A stretch of 61,610 nucleotides of DNA, filler included, from Sphacelaria rigidula (GCA_964200075.2; 10 parts of 10 records of this genome joined end to end with filler, not necessarily neighbours in it), one strand, 5' to 3'; positions 33,825-48,100 are shown, numbered from the whole stretch's first letter. Notes: generated by a model from the letters alone, not told the origin. Translations and numbers: made by a program.

Positions 33825-34357
33825 TAGTAGTTAGCGTCTGAACTTTTCATTTTGTAATTTTTTCGTAATTGGCGAATTTCTCGGGCTCTTTTCGCTTGCC
33901 ACCGCTTTTCACATTGTGGATGCGAAGATATTTGAATCTGCTTCACATTCCAAGAAACAAAAATTATCAATACTTATTACTGAGTGACTTACGGGCTGAC
34001 CGGTCATCGGGGTCCTGCCACTATTTAGCCCAGAGTTTGACTCTCCGGTATTTTCGACCAATCGAGCCTATTCCGATCGTAATTGTGAAGGAACTGAAAC
34101 GATTTTTTTTTAAATTCTACCCATTCATTGTACTAGAGCAGAAAAACTGTGTTTCACGGTCAATAACACCCTCCTGATAAATGGGGTATCCACTCGTATC
34201 GCCCGATAACACCAAGTTACACTAACTTGGGCACTGTGTTTGGCGGACCTGTTTATTACACCAAAATCTACCGACGCCAGCACTTTCGAGTTCTATCGAA
34301 GTGTAGTACGCGAGAAATTCCTAAAACAACCCGGAATAGTTATGGTGCTGACTACCA
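33825..34357. mobile_element. Non-autonomous Tc1/mariner-like element (TA flanks), relative of 37617-38526
   Basis: ta|tagtagttagc...gctgactacca|ta; interior is reverse-complementary to 37690-38526. Confidence 0.65.
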
Positions 34358-35614
34358 TATATTTTTCCCGTCCTGTTTCGCCGTCTGTGCCCAGTATCTA
34401 TCTCGCATTATAGCCATCGCTTTCTCCCTACTGTCTAAAGCATCAAACGACTTCATGCCATCTTTGTTCACGTCCCGCACTTCATCTTCAGGTTTCCACT
34501 GAAGGACGTTAGTCAGGTCGTGCTTTCGCACATTATTCCGATCTGATGGGTCGTCACTTCAATATGAATGACGTGAACATGAATTATGACCTATCTGTCA
34601 GATCGGAAATTTTTGTTTTCTACCGAAGTTTTTTCGATTTAAAAAATAAGTTGCCTAGACACGGCCTCGAAGCTATCACGATTTTGCCAAGTTGATAGCG
34701 GCGAGAAACTCACATCTCTCTATATATTTTATTGAGCTGTATAGGGTGACGCATATGGTATCACGTGTTTACTGGCGGTTAGTTTAGTTCAATCAGTCTA
34801 ATACGGCTCTGTCGTAGTGTGTAAGTGCTCTTTTTCGTCAAGATAAATTGTTTCTCGCCCTCCTCTACGGGTTGTTTTGAGTTATGGGTATGGGTGGTAT
34901 GGTCCTTGCGCTCTGTGACCACGGGCTCGAGAGATCGAGCTTAATGTGACGGATACAATGATGATGATAATATAGTTGAGAGGGGTACGTGATGGATTGT
35001 TGTTGTTTTTGTTTTTCATCGTGTTGCGGCCGAGTCATAAGGCCTTGTCTTGACATACCATTTTTCAATCAGAAAGGTGCGGCGGAAAAAAAAATTCTGG
35101 TATAATGGGTCATCATTTATGTCCACGTCATTGGAGTTGAAATGACGACCAGTCAGATCGGAATTATATTTTCCACCGCACTTTTCGGACTGGAAGCTAA
35201 TGCGCTATTATAAGACACGCCCCAGAAACTACAGAAGAAAAACAAGAAATAACTGGTGCAAAGAGAGACCAAATACTCGCACAAGAGAAACGAGCTGGAC
35301 CAAGCAACGATTTATGGTTTCGGTTGGGAGGGTGACACACCGCTTAATATTACGGGTTGGGCGCTGGAAGTTTGACAGGACGTTTTTGGCATCAATATGT
35401 GGAATATGTTCGAAGCATCAAAAAAGAAGGAAAAAAAAGTTGGAGCGATTTGAAAATTCAACATATATATATCGTAAGTCCATGAAAACAGCCACAAAAA
35501 TGTTGCCGTTTCGAGCACAAATTTTCAACTTGCGTCCAGAAGATTTTTGTAAAAATTCGGCTCGGAGCTCCTCAAATTTTGCTGTGCGTGCAGCTTCATG
35601 TGTGACACTGCTTC

Positions 35615-35685
35615 ACTCCTGTCGTCTAACTGGTACAGAAGACATCAGCTACGGAGGTCGCGAGTTCGAATCTCGACATATGCCT
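35615..35685 (+). mobile_element. tRNA-like head (probable SINE)
   Basis: A-box-like TCGTCTAACTGG and T-arm cgag-ttcgaat-ctcg; anticodon arm incomplete. Confidence 0.5.
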
Positions 35686-36928
35686 TCTTTCTTTTTTGCA
35701 GAATCTGATTTCCGTTGTTGAGGTTACTTTTTATACAGAACATTCAACTTTCAGTTGAAAAAAAGAAAAGATTTCGGCACTTTTGCACGAGCTTCTGCTC
35801 CCAAAAATGCGCGAAACTGATCTTTTTCGCCTCAGTGGGGATTCGGCTTTTCTACAAGACCATTCTTGAGCAATTTTCCACCTTATCAGGGGCTCAGTTG
35901 CAGGAAATCGCCGTCAGCACCTGTTATTTTTTATTTTCAACTGTGAAAAAAGGGATCACCATCGGGGATTGGATCAAAAAGAAGTGCGCTGTTTTTATGT
36001 GAAAATCGGCTCGGAGGTCCTCTCCCATGATGAAGTTGTTGACAAGCTTGGTGGCATGTTGCAGCATCACCAGTGCACTCTTGATTGTGTTTGTGTGTGT
36101 GTCAAAGTTGTCATAATATACGTTATTCCGCCGCGTTTTATACAGAAAAAAGACACCAAAGCACGCTATCACGCTACGAAATGAAAACGCACTCGGCACT
36201 CAATGCAGTACGATAACGTCATCGCGAAAACTGCGTCAATCGAACAGCGGGGGAGCCGTGCATGACCAGGTTGGTCTGCAGTTCACAGCGATAATGTTCA
36301 CATAGGGCTGATTCGGGAAGCTGTGAAAAGTTGTTGTGTGCCCGGGGAATTCAAGTTTCACGGCTGGCCCGCCTCGTGGCAGAAGGTGTGTGCGACCATA
36401 CGCCTTTTTTTCTTGTGTCAATGAATGCCTGCAGCGCACTCCTTCCCCCTGCGTCACTGGTGTGCAAGAATCTTGCTGTGGGCTGTATGCGTGTCGGGTC
36501 GTGTGTGTATTTCTTCTTTACCCATGTTTGTATCTCCGGTTGTCTGGTCATCTCTCGTTTTCTTGCGTCCCTTTTTGTTTTTACATCCGTCGTGTGTCTC
36601 GCGTATCTCGTGTGAGCTGCTCGCTTTTGTCTCCCTTTCTCATCTCTCGTCTCTCGTCTCTCCCCCCCTCCTCCTTGTGCCGATTGTCTTTCTGTCTCTC
36701 TCCGTAGGTCGTGTGTAAGTTCTGTGCCCCTCGTCTTTTGTTTTTCCCGTTGTGTCTCTATTATATCTCGATTTATGTGATATCCTTTCGTGTGACCTGT
36801 CTTATGTGTTTGCTGTGTTGTTTCATGTCAAGAGTCACGCTACGATAAGGCGAGGGAGGGGGGGGGGAGTCCACGAAAAGAGGGCATGGAGGAGATAGGA
36901 ATAGCGTCGGCTAGGGACAGAGAGCGGA

Positions 36929-37028
36929 NNNNNNNNNNNNNNNNNNNNNNNNNNNNNNNNNNNNNNNNNNNNTTAATTAATTAANNNNNNNNNNNNNNNN
37001 NNNNNNNNNNNNNNNNNNNNNNNNNNNN
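36929..37028. other. Artificial contig spacer
   Basis: N44-TTAATTAATTAA-N44. Confidence 0.98.
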
Positions 37029-37616
37029 ACTCATTTGTTGCTTGCCTTAGTCATTTGACCATTGACCACGCATCCCTTTCGAGACGAAGCATCGACGGGG
37101 GGGGGGGGAAGGGGAGGTATTACGGCATCAGTTAAGTTTTGGAGTTGTGCAAAGGGATTTTTGCTCGAATGGTCGAGTTTCACCTCCTCATATATGTATA
37201 TATGTTTATCGAGAGAGCTTTTAGCACTGAGTATCAGATCAGACGGGGTATTCCCATCTCGATCACTCACTCAGCCCCTTGTCCCCAACTTCACTTTCCC
37301 GAGTTAAGGTATTACTTTAGTGCTCTCTAATAAACGACATAAACCATCCACGTGTGCCTGAGCCAACGAATACGGGCAGGACGTATGCCACTCTCCGTGT
37401 GGTTGACGATGATCGGATGCGTGAGGGGTCAGACTATTTTTGAACCGGTGATCCATGCGGCTTCCCCCCCCTCCCCAAAAGTGGATGGGGGGCGGGAAGT
37501 GCACTAATGATAAAATTCGGAAGTAACTGAAAATATTTCATGTCTTGCTTATATCCCATGTTTTTTTGCTTGAATTACGTTCTGCTGCTGATTGATTCAT
37601 TGTTGCACATCAATTA

Positions 37617-38526
37617 TAGTAGTCAGCATGAGAAGTTTTCAGAATTCGTAGTTCTTGTAGTTCTTGAGTTTTTCCCGACTACTATCCTTCATTACTTGAA
37701 AGTGCTAGCGCCGGTAAATTTAGGGGAAAACGTAGGCCGCACTCAAACGACAGTGCCCAAGTTCGTATTTTTGGGGCGATACGGACTAGATACCCCGTTT
37801 ATCAGGAGGGTGCTATTGAACGTTTTTCTCCAATAAAAACAGTTTTCCGGATCTTCCGCAACGAAACGGTAAATATCCAGATAAATGAATAGGTAAATAA
37901 TTCTTCACAATAACGATCAAGATAGTGTTTCCCTCCTATACTGCACAGACCTCAGTCAAGCATTTTCTGCGGATGGCCTCTTTTCGCCTTTTTTTTCGCA
38001 AAAAAAAACCCATGAGCACTCGAAAGTTCTAGCGTCGAAAGTTTTGGCAGAAAAAGCAGACCGTGCTCAGATTACAATGCCCGAGTTGGTGTTGTTGGTG
38101 CGGTACGGCATAAATTCCCCGTTTATCAGGAAGGTGTTATTGACCGTGAATGGCCCAAGAAACATAGTTTCCCGGCTTTAGCGCAGTGAATAGGTGGGAA
38201 TTTTAAAAAATAATCATTTTTGAGTCCTTGCTTACATGACTTATATGATCGGGATCGAGTCGGTCCACCGAAAATACCGAAAAGCTAGAACCTTGGGTTG
38301 CACTTTCGCAGAACCCCCGAAGATCGGTCAAGCCCGTAAGTCACTCAATACTAATCGCCGATATTTTTTCTCTCAATATTTGTCAAGATGATACAAATAT
38401 CTTCAGATGCCCATTTTTTGGCATCCAACAGTCGCTGTGAAGGGCGGTGGCATGCGAAACAAATTTGGAAAATCTTTGAGAAACTAAGAAATTACGAATT
38501 CTGCATACTTCTGACGCTGACTACTG
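37617..38526. mobile_element. Non-autonomous Tc1/mariner-like element with an internal tandem duplication
   Basis: ta|tagtagtcagc...gctgactactg|ta; ccccgtttatcagga.ggtg.tattga occurs at about 37794 and about 38117. Confidence 0.65.
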
Positions 38527-38806
38527 TACTGATCTCCTACGATGGTGATGACGAGATATACATAACCAAGCGTAGCATTGGTTATATCACTGTACGGAAG
38601 TTACGCGTGGTGCGCTTGTTGAAAGATATATATCACAGATCCGTTTCATTACACCCAACGTTGATTGCGCCTCCATATTATCATGCATCATGTGCCCAAC
38701 ACATGCATACGGTTTATAATGAGCATATACGACATGATGTCCAGCACGCTGAATAATTTATCGGACGAGGAACGACCATGAATGTTTCCCTAGTGGCGAG
38801 GTTCAC

Positions 38807-38887
38807 TTGGTGGTTCATGAATTTTCGCACTAGGTAGCCTTCGCGGCAAATCTGGGAAAGGCGCTCCCTCACCACTGTGGTGTAGAG
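38807..38887 (-). CDS. Possible next exon of the gene at 39130-39330
   Basis: ctcaag| LYTTVVRERLSQICREGYLVRKFMNHQ |gtgaac in phase 0; boundaries tentative. Confidence 0.3.
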
Positions 38888-39129
38888 CTTGAGGCTGCGG
38901 GGTACGTCCATTGTGGGCATTGTATGCACAGAACTACGAATTAGCTGCACCGATGCCGAACATGGTCGGACACCAGACTCGCTTCTTCTCAAGGTACAAC
39001 ATGCACATATTTTAAAATTACCCATGCTATAATCTCCGTCGAGAAACTTGACCTGGCGTGATAGAAAGCGATAGCAGACATGAAGAACCGCGCGTGTTTA
39101 TAGCTGGGCAAGAGTGAATGGGCGCGCAC

Positions 39130-39330
39130 CTTGGCCTGCGTGTTGATCCTATCTTTCACCCTGTCTCGCTCGATGAACCTACGGGACATGATTCGTGCAG
39201 ATTCCACTCGAGCCATAGCGCGCCGGTCGAAATGCCCGTCTTCTGGAGGCTGCAGGTCTTCCACACTTAAGCCCATTTGGTTCAGCTCATTTTCGAGGGC
39301 ATCGAGCGATTCGTCCTCTTCTTCCTTCAT
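39130..39330 (-). CDS. Probable exon, hypothetical protein with acidic helical N-terminus
   Basis: MKEEEDESLDALENELNQMGLSVEDLQPPEDGHFDRRAMARVESARIMSRRFIERDRVKDRINTQAK ends in donor AAG|gtgcgc; 5' boundary uncertain. Confidence 0.55.
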
Positions 39331-39745
39331 GTTCGGCGTCGGGTTCTTCCCATATATACAGCAGCTTCACCGTGTTTGGCCACTCGGCTGCTCAACGGCG
39401 GGATGTTGGTACATTCAAAATGCGGCGTAAACTCCAGGTCTATGGTTTCAATGTTTGCGCCGCAACCCCCAGATCTACAAAATGCGGGCTGTTCAGAAAT
39501 ATGAAGATATCACCAACTTTAGCCAAATTAATTGCACAACGGACATTTTGGAATCCGCGCACAAATAAAATCCCCAGATCTTAGGACTAACTAGCATGGA
39601 ATTGCTTGCGTAGCACAAGACCCACTACCGAGAGCTGCGGCGTTAATCAGTCCCACCGGTTCCGGTGACACCGTATGTTCCAACAAAATAGTATCTTCAA
39701 CATCGCTACAGTTCTACATCAACTGAGCCGCGATCTATCTTCTAG

Positions 39746-40029
39746 CGGATACGATGGGTTTATCATCGCACACTCGGCATATCCTGCGGCGGCTACACGA
39801 TGCGATTCGTCACGGCCAAGGTGCAGGTTGGAATGGGTTTAATCAACTCCGTAGTCAACTCCACGACGTTTGTGTGACAAGCCAGAGGTCGGCCTCGGAG
39901 CAAGACTTCCGGGCAGCTGTGGTGGGAGCTGGGCTTTTGTCAACAGAAGATGCCGGTGTACTGTTCAGAGGAGTGTTGCTGGCGAGTGGCGCTGATCAAG
40001 AAGATGAAAAAATATTGCCGGTTGCCACG
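39746..40029 (+). CDS. Probable exon, hypothetical protein (weakly EF-hand/calcyphosin-like)
   Basis: Acceptor tcttctag| and donor ACG|gtacgc bound the open frame ...RHILRRLHDAIRHG...SEQDFRAAVVGAGLLSTEDAGVLFRG. Confidence 0.45.
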
Positions 40030-41950
40030 GTACGCTATGGGCCGTTGATTGCAGCAGAAACAGGGTGGACACAGTACTGCTCGACAATATGAAGAGACTT
40101 CCATCGTGGCCAAAAGTTGTTAACAGCTGCGTACAGTCTCGTCATAAGCAGCAGGACGTTCTGCCGTCTCCTAGCCTAGCACGCAGATTGGCGTAGGTAA
40201 TTTCTCTGCTATTCCAGGTCGCACGTATTAGAGATTTTCGAGTTCAGTTCAGTACAGCAGCGAACTCGTTATAGGCGCACACAATTTGACAGATGATGCA
40301 CAGTTAAGTAGTATATAAACAACATTTAAGTTGAAGTCGGATTTGGGCGGCAGGTGTCCGTGGTGATGTGTTCAACGGTGAATATAGGCAGGCGTGGTTT
40401 ACACCGTTTTGGCCTGAACCGTGCGAATGACGATATGTTTTGATGACATGATCTCTTTGTCGGGATACTTGAAATATGAAGAAGAGATAAATAAATAAGG
40501 AACATTTCCGTATCCGGAGATTAAATACATGCACCCCCGCAAAAAATAAATCGTCATACGGGTGGTATCTATCGTTTTGGCCTGTTCACACACGAATGGC
40601 GATGTACCTAAACACACGAACACATCCAAAGAACGTGTACAAGGTGTATCCTCCCTCTCCATTTCTCCCTAACCGGGGACGACATCGCTCCATCCCCTCC
40701 TCAGACATTTTGGGAGGTGTTATCCGCTGTTTTCAAACGGATGGCGAGGACCGTATCGTTAAGACGTATCCACTGCACACGGTGTTCCCCCATGAACCCA
40801 TTCCCCTGTCATTCCTTTTCCTGGGGAGTGCCACCCTACCGTAGCATCACTTGGGGATGAAATCAACGCATCCCCGCTCTGGACAATCTCAGCGGAAAGG
40901 GGCTGCTATTCGACGTTTAAGCCATATGTGGCCGGAGAACAATGATTCTGAAAACTTCGCCGATACTAATAGGAAACGTACAATCTACCCTTGCTAGTGA
41001 TGATCCCTAATTTTTCTTAAGAAGGTTACAGACGTGCCGGATAAGAAATCCTCTATCTCCTCCCTAACCAGGCGCAGGAGTCATCATGCACCGTCAGGGC
41101 CTTTTACATAGGGATGACAATGTCCCTCGACACGCAAGAGGAGTCATGAGTACGTACTTATTCCATCGTACTGCTTTATTGCCCCCCCCCCCCCCCCCCC
41201 CTCCCCGTTGCCCGCTCCCCCCGGACATGAAAACAACGTATCTCCTCTCCGAAAAATCTCAGCGGAAAGGGGGTGTTATCCCAAGTGTGAGTCATTCGCG
41301 GCCGGACAAAAACGAAAATGAACACGTAACCGGTACCAACAGAAGAATAATGATTTAGCATACTTACTTATATTTCCTCCTTCTCTTCACTGGGCTACAG
41401 ACACCCCGTGGAAGGTATTGTCCCACCCCCACCCTACACACGTGCTGGCATCACAATCTACTGTCAGGACCAAACACAAACAGCGAGGTCCCCTGAACAT
41501 GCGCGCGGCCACGAGGATGTATGTACCTTATTTGCTGATTCGATTTCACTCCACTCCCCCTCCCCAACGGTCAGATGCGCATATCTCCTCCCAAACATCT
41601 TCACGAGGGGGATGTTATACGACGTGTTGGCCGTTTACGTGCAGACTACATCACGATGCTTCTGAACACATGACAGATATTGTCGCAACATCGACATCCT
41701 TACTGTTACCCCTAGGATAGCCAGAAGAACCACCGTTCGCTTGCAACAGGACGCGTCGGTGTGTCCCATGCACTCTCGTGGATGACTACTTTCCTATCCC
41801 TGGAAAAAGGCTATGGGCCTCACCTCCACACGAGAAATCGTCAATGCATTACACATGTCTTCTACATACTCGTAGGTGACATGCAAAACAACTTCCCACA
41901 CTTGATGGGGTCTTGAATAGAATGAAAAAGGCGTAAGAAAAGTGTCTTAA

Positions 41951-42050
41951 CCCTGCGAGGGCGAGAGTAGGTCATCTGTTCAATCGGCATCAATTTCACC
42001 TGAAAAAAAGTACGAATGATCCGGATGGACCACCCCTCGCGGTCTAACGG
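41951..42050. mobile_element. piggyBac-like MITE copy
   Basis: ttaa|ccct...gtaggtcatctgttcaatcggcatcaatttcacctgaaaaaa...ctcgcggtctaacgg|ttga. Confidence 0.75.
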
Positions 42051-43099
42051 TTGACATCAGTCCGCAAGTTGTTCTAAATTTAAATGAATTGGTCAGAACC
42101 CGTCAGTCGATGGGCCAAAATCTTCCCTCGACGTTTGCCGCGACTGACGTCGCCCGATTCGGCCGCGAGTTCACACGTGGCCATTGGCTCCTATCCTGCG
42201 TGATATTTTTTCAAACCTCAGAGTATTTCGTAGCAATCTGCTTCGGTCGTTGATTCTTACGCAAGAGTATATGCATGCAGTCCTCTGCAATCCTCTGGAG
42301 GAGGGCATGATTTCCTCCGGAGAAATATGTGTCCTCTAGAGATTTCACATATCGTAATTGTTTTAGCGATGTTGACTCTCTAGTACTCTAGTCTTTCTTT
42401 TTCTGAAATACTCTGGAGGTACAAGCCTTGTCGCAAGCAACTCAAGAGGAATATTTGCGCTCTAGAGTTTTCACATGCCGTATGCTCTCTGCAAGAATCC
42501 GAATACTTTAAAGTATATGCATGTACTCTAGATAGAAAGCTGATTAGCCACGTGCGTTGCTTCTATTGCCCCTAGTTCGACAGCGTATATTCGATTTCCG
42601 GGTTGGCTCTTTTTGTTACATGCCTTCAATCACCCCGAATAGACAGTGCGTAGTTTTGAGTGCTCATTATTCCACTGAATGAACGGCTACTATCGAAGAA
42701 GGTGCCTCGGATTCTGCGTCTCCACCCAATTTCCAGTCGGGATATGTTGTTTTTTTCTCCATTCAAGAAAGGAGTGGGCGGGCGAGACTTTGGCCCGGAA
42801 TAGCGGAGAACTGCCCCGTGGTATCCTCTCGCGCATGGATGATATTGTTGAACAGGGATACAGGTACTACTCTTTTACATTACTCGTGATGGGTTTGACT
42901 CAGTACGGTGCTGCCCATGAACTCGGAATGTGAAGTTTAAGTTACTTTGGCCGGATGTTATGGCAAGCACAGATTTTTGCACACGAAGTTTTGTTCAGCG
43001 GCCAATCTCGAAACCTCGGAGCCAAGCGAATAACAATAAATTGTGCGAATTGAGGTTTAACTTCGAGATGAGGTTCAAGCTTAAAACAGTGCTTTCCCC

Positions 43100-43199
43100 N
43101 NNNNNNNNNNNNNNNNNNNNNNNNNNNNNNNNNNNNNNNNNNNTTAATTAATTAANNNNNNNNNNNNNNNNNNNNNNNNNNNNNNNNNNNNNNNNNNNN
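43100..43199. other. Artificial contig spacer
   Basis: N44-TTAATTAATTAA-N44. Confidence 0.98.
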
Positions 43200-43265
43200 T
43201 CACGGCGCGGGGGGGGGGGGAGTAAAGGAGGGGGGGGAACTCAGGGGGAATGGTTTGATATGTGG

Positions 43266-43301
<36 letters not shown>

Positions 43302-44862
43302 CCCCGCGCCCGCCCCTCTTTCCGTCCGATGTTGCCCCGTTCTCCTATTGCCGCATTGTGCTCCTTCTACTGATGTCATCCTCGTGTTCCACAGAATTCG
43401 TGATCGTATGCAAGAAGTTCCCGAACATACTCTTCCCGTCCACAGGAAAATAGAAGCGCTGCGTCGTTCAGGTGCCGAAGGTCAGAAGGACCGCAAAACA
43501 GGATTTTGGGGACCCTGGTTTTTCGATGCGCGTTATGTAGCTTTGGCTTGCCGATGACGTTACGTGATGGGACGCTTGAAGAATGTTGCAGAAGGCAGAA
43601 AACCGTTCACGGTGCTAGCGGGCCGAGGGAGAAGTCCTCTCAAAGTATTGCGTGTAATGCGGGCATGCCCTGGACAGCATGCGTACAGGTTTTGGTCTTC
43701 AAGGGCAACAGCTAGGTCACCCGAGAGGATAGCCCGCGAGCCTAGTATTTCTTCAGCGCGGCGTCCCGACTCGGAATGCAGCGAGGAAATAGTGTCGATT
43801 TGAACCCAAGCTCATTAGCTAAAGCAGGAAGATGCCGAGCTGTGTTGCCCTTTATCCCGTGACATGTAGGAACTACGCGAATATGTGGAAGCCGTGGACC
43901 GTGACCGGCGCTAGGGTCCGCTAAGGAAATGTCACACGACCGAGCCTGAGTTGGCTGGCCGAAATCGATGTTCACACGGATCAAACTAGAAATCGCGATA
44001 CTTCCAAAACAATCAAACCATGAACTAGTTTGGAAATCCTTGCTCTCCTCCGCTTTGGGGCATACTGCGTCGTCGTCGTGTCGCTCGAGTCACCTCGCCT
44101 GGCTTCGCTACCCCTGGCTCGATAAATACGCGGCTCCGGTGCGCTCGGGACGCTATCCCTATTGTCACTGAGTCCAAGCGGTCCTCCCGACACGTCGGTC
44201 TCGGGGTGATCAAACTCCGATGCGGTCCTAAAAGCACGCCGTCTGAACATGCACTGCAATATCAAAGTGTGATTTCCGTTGCCAGTTAACATCAATATAA
44301 TGGGGTCCGCGACGAAGAGCTCATGAAGAAGCTGGTTATGTTTTCGCAAACACGTTCAATTTTACCATCTTCTTATCGCTTCAGTTAGTGGATAATTGTG
44401 CGTCCGGTCCTCGCTAAGCCATGCGGTCATCTCGAGACATCCCTCATCACAAGGGTCTCCCAAATGGGCGCAAAAACGGCGGACGCGTACTTTTCGGTCG
44501 AAAATCCATCTCATTCGTGGTAATCTCGGATATTTCTTCACATTTTCGCGTCGATTTTACTTGTCCGCGCGGTTATTTTCCGCCATAAGTTTTTGTTACA
44601 TCGGCCTCAAGTGATTGAAGAGAAACGGACAGTTTCTAGGTACTACATGCATATATAAAGACTGTATTTCAGTGGATAACAATTTCGCTCCCAGTCACTC
44701 TGCATCTGATTTGTTGAATAAAATAGCCCTCACTCTTGAGCGAAATATCATAGGTGTCACTTAGCAGTGACTACCGTACCGTAGAACCCCATAGTTCGCG
44801 TCATATTCCAGTGCAGATGGAGTTTCTTTCTTCTTTGACCACCTCGCAGTCAAGCTGTGTTT

Positions 44863-45127
44863 GAGTGATGGTATGATAGGGGAGTGGGCGGGGGGGGTTG
44901 ATTCCATCAAAAACAGGGGCCAACAGGTGTGTCACACCAACTAACTACTGGCGGTGCGTTCATATTAGGGTGAAAACGGTGTTAAGTGGTATGAATGAGG
45001 TGTGTCTCATTTGGTACCAAGCGCGTTCGAACAAATGTTGCTGCTGAAAATGACGATTTGAGGTGGAATTTCGTGGAAGCAATCGCCAAGAATACTCCGC
45101 CTCCTCTTTCGTAGCGTAGCATCACTC
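44863..45127. mobile_element. GAG...CTC MITE (family B) with 4-bp TSD
   Basis: GTTT|gagtgatggtatgatagggg...cgtagcatcactc|GTTT. Confidence 0.8.
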
Positions 45128-48100
45128 GTTTTGACCAATTTGTAGCGACCATTGGGCTCTTCAAGGACAGTAAAAGAGGAAGTACTTGCCGCGCTTCGCG
45201 CAGTCGGTGCGATTCGTCTGCGCCCTCATTTGCTTCGAGATATCTGCACTCTGTCGTAATCCAGTGCTAGCTCAGATGCGAACAGCGCAACACATCTGTG
45301 GAGGAGAGCGATGGCGCCAGCACTGGTTGTTTTATACTGCTTCGTCATGTTCTGATTTTTTTTTTCCCCCACTCATACTTTCTTTTCTTGGTCAACGGTG
45401 TTTTATTGTCTCTTAACTTCTCCTCCGCGATTGTTTGCATTTTGTTTGATCTCGGTTACGGCTAATATGTGACTACGCCCGGATCCTTGGGGCATCCGTC
45501 AAGTGCATAAATGAACCCCATCAATCCATCAATGTAGCCGACAGAAGAAAAAAATCGAACGTTCTGTGTGGGGGTCAGTCTAGCCATCACGATGCAGTGC
45601 AGCAGTGGACCCAATACAAGGCCGCCTATTGCATGCCAGCAAAACTCCCTCTCACCCGCTGGACCTAAAACCAGGCCATACGCAAAAGCTACGATTGCAA
45701 AGTACTTCAGTAGCCGCACACACAATCAAGATGACAAGGTGTGCATGCTGGTTTGACAGCATCACAGGCACACCATCTTCAAACAGGATTCAAACAATGT
45801 TTGAGTTGTGCTGAATGCACTTGTACCTCGTTCCTGCGCACGGACTGCACAACCCTCCTCTCTCTCGCACGACGCCTGTGAACCTGAACCGTAATAATAC
45901 AGCGCGGCATGGAGCATCGAATCCAACACGACAGTCACGACATCCTCTCCCTGGGCGCCAGCCCGCGAACCGGGGAATTTCTCGATGAGTCCCTCCGGAC
46001 CAACAATCACTCCTCATCTTCACTGCAAAAAAATACGCTGCGGTCGCCCTCGAGACTGCAGCGCTCACCCGCTACACTGGACATGCCCTCTACTGCGTCA
46101 GTCTCCACCAACCAACAGAGTGTCTACTGTACCTACCCGTGACCGCACGAATAAAACACTTGTCGCATGAATTAAACTCGCGCGCGTCATTATACATGGC
46201 TCGAGCTTAGGCCGGCTTGGCGACGCAATAGCAAAAGCACCCTCATAGACCTCGAAAAATGGTGCACTCCAAATAACTGGCCTTACATCCGTTCGGCCCA
46301 AAATCTGTAGGCCGTGTGTCGGGTGGGTGCACCCGCTGTGCAGTTCAAACAGTGTGCAACTGAAATGAATATCCATGCAGTCCAACAGCAACTCATGCTA
46401 GGGGTGTACCAGCACTGCTGCGACAGTGCCAAAACTACCGAGGCAGAGGACGGGAGGACGTGTGTTGCCTGCATACGTCGCAGCATTTGTCGTGACCAGC
46501 GTGCACCACTCCCATCGCATGAAAGTATGTAGTCCGCAAAACGCTCCGAGAAATAACAGTGGATACAACACTTGAGTTGTGCTTCAAAGCCGGCCAGAGG
46601 TCCTCGAACACTCAAGGCTCTAGAAAAATGCCCAAGACTGACGTGTCTCGTGTAAGTGGGAGTGCTTCGCTACTCAAAGAACAATAGTTCCGGACCGAAA
46701 TTGACCCCAAGTCATTTCCGGCAATCTAGAGGGGATAGACGCTGCCGAAGGGTTGAAATACTGCAACGTACCGCGTGTTGATGACTTAGTTCTAAACCCG
46801 AATAACGAGCCTAGTGCTGTCGTCTCACCGTGTCCTACTGTATAACATGCGTACGAGTATGATCTAATGTAACGTTGGGCTTCCATGCGCCTAGTGCCCA
46901 AAACTTCATTCAAGGTGACCATTCAACATTCTATCTACTGCGACTCGATCAACTCTACGTGTACACCCATTCGCAAAGGCCGCTGGAATATACTCCTGTG
47001 TACGATGAGGAGCAGAACTACTGCAGCAGATAGATCCTTCCGCTATTTACACAAGGCCGTTCCATATTCGAAGAGTGCAACGGAAGTCAGCATATACTGT
47101 AGACGGCAGTCACGACTACTGGTCCGACATGAAAACGTGCCGCCCTCTAAAACCCTGCACATTATGGGCATATTGCGGTTCTCCAGTATAAAACCTTTGA
47201 ATAACTCGACTCACCCTACTATCACAGCTAGCATCTCCGTCAACGCATTCCGAACGAACTCTTCCTCGAAATGGATGCTCACAGTCTACCCCCGCCCCCC
47301 GAATCACCATCATCGATATCGTCCCACCATCCCGTCAAACATTTCAAGGCACCCTCACGATCTTTCAGCAACACCACAGTATCTGTACAGATTTTTACCG
47401 ACTCGCGCTCATTTTCTTGTGTGTAGCCGCGAGATTGAGGAAACAACTACACCGGGACAACATGATAAAATTCAACCGAAGACCGAACGGTATAATTGAG
47501 CTGGAGCCCTTTTTACCGCCAAAATACTTGAGGTCACGGAGCAGAAACAACGAGGTACACCAGCTGAATTCAGGCTACCCTCCATTAATTACCTACCGGA
47601 AGTTGAATGGGGTAAGAGCGCGGGGGGGGGGTAGCTGGATAGCTCTACGCTAAGTCCCATACAGCAGTTGCTGCAGCATCCCAGCAAGGCGAGGAAGGAC
47701 AGGCAGCGCTCTACAATCCGCGTCGAGTGTGTTAATTATGCTCGCGCACGGTACGAGGATCTTTTCTGTCAAGTTAAATATCCGATCCATGCCAGACTTC
47801 CTTGGAAAAGTCTTGTCCCATGGCGAGAGCAGGCTTGCGCTGTCTTCCTTGCCCCAACACCTTCGCGGGGACCCCGACGGCAACACACCTGTGGACGTAC
47901 ACACAATATATAAATGTACATACGCAAAAGAGAAACGCAACCGAAGGGCGAGGGTGAGTCAGCGATCGGTTTGATGAGTGATAGAAGACGATTCGGGAGT
48001 AACGTTCGGTGTAAGCGACTCGTCGGCACGAATGTTTTCGTTTCCCTCGCTAAAAGAAAACATCTCGTTCCTCGGGATGAGTCCATGCACGTGCACGAGT

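Noticed and set aside
45462..45725. PIF/Harbinger transposase suggested by VGYIDG and IYALDG
   Set aside because: Surrounding residues and downstream catalytic motifs do not fit.
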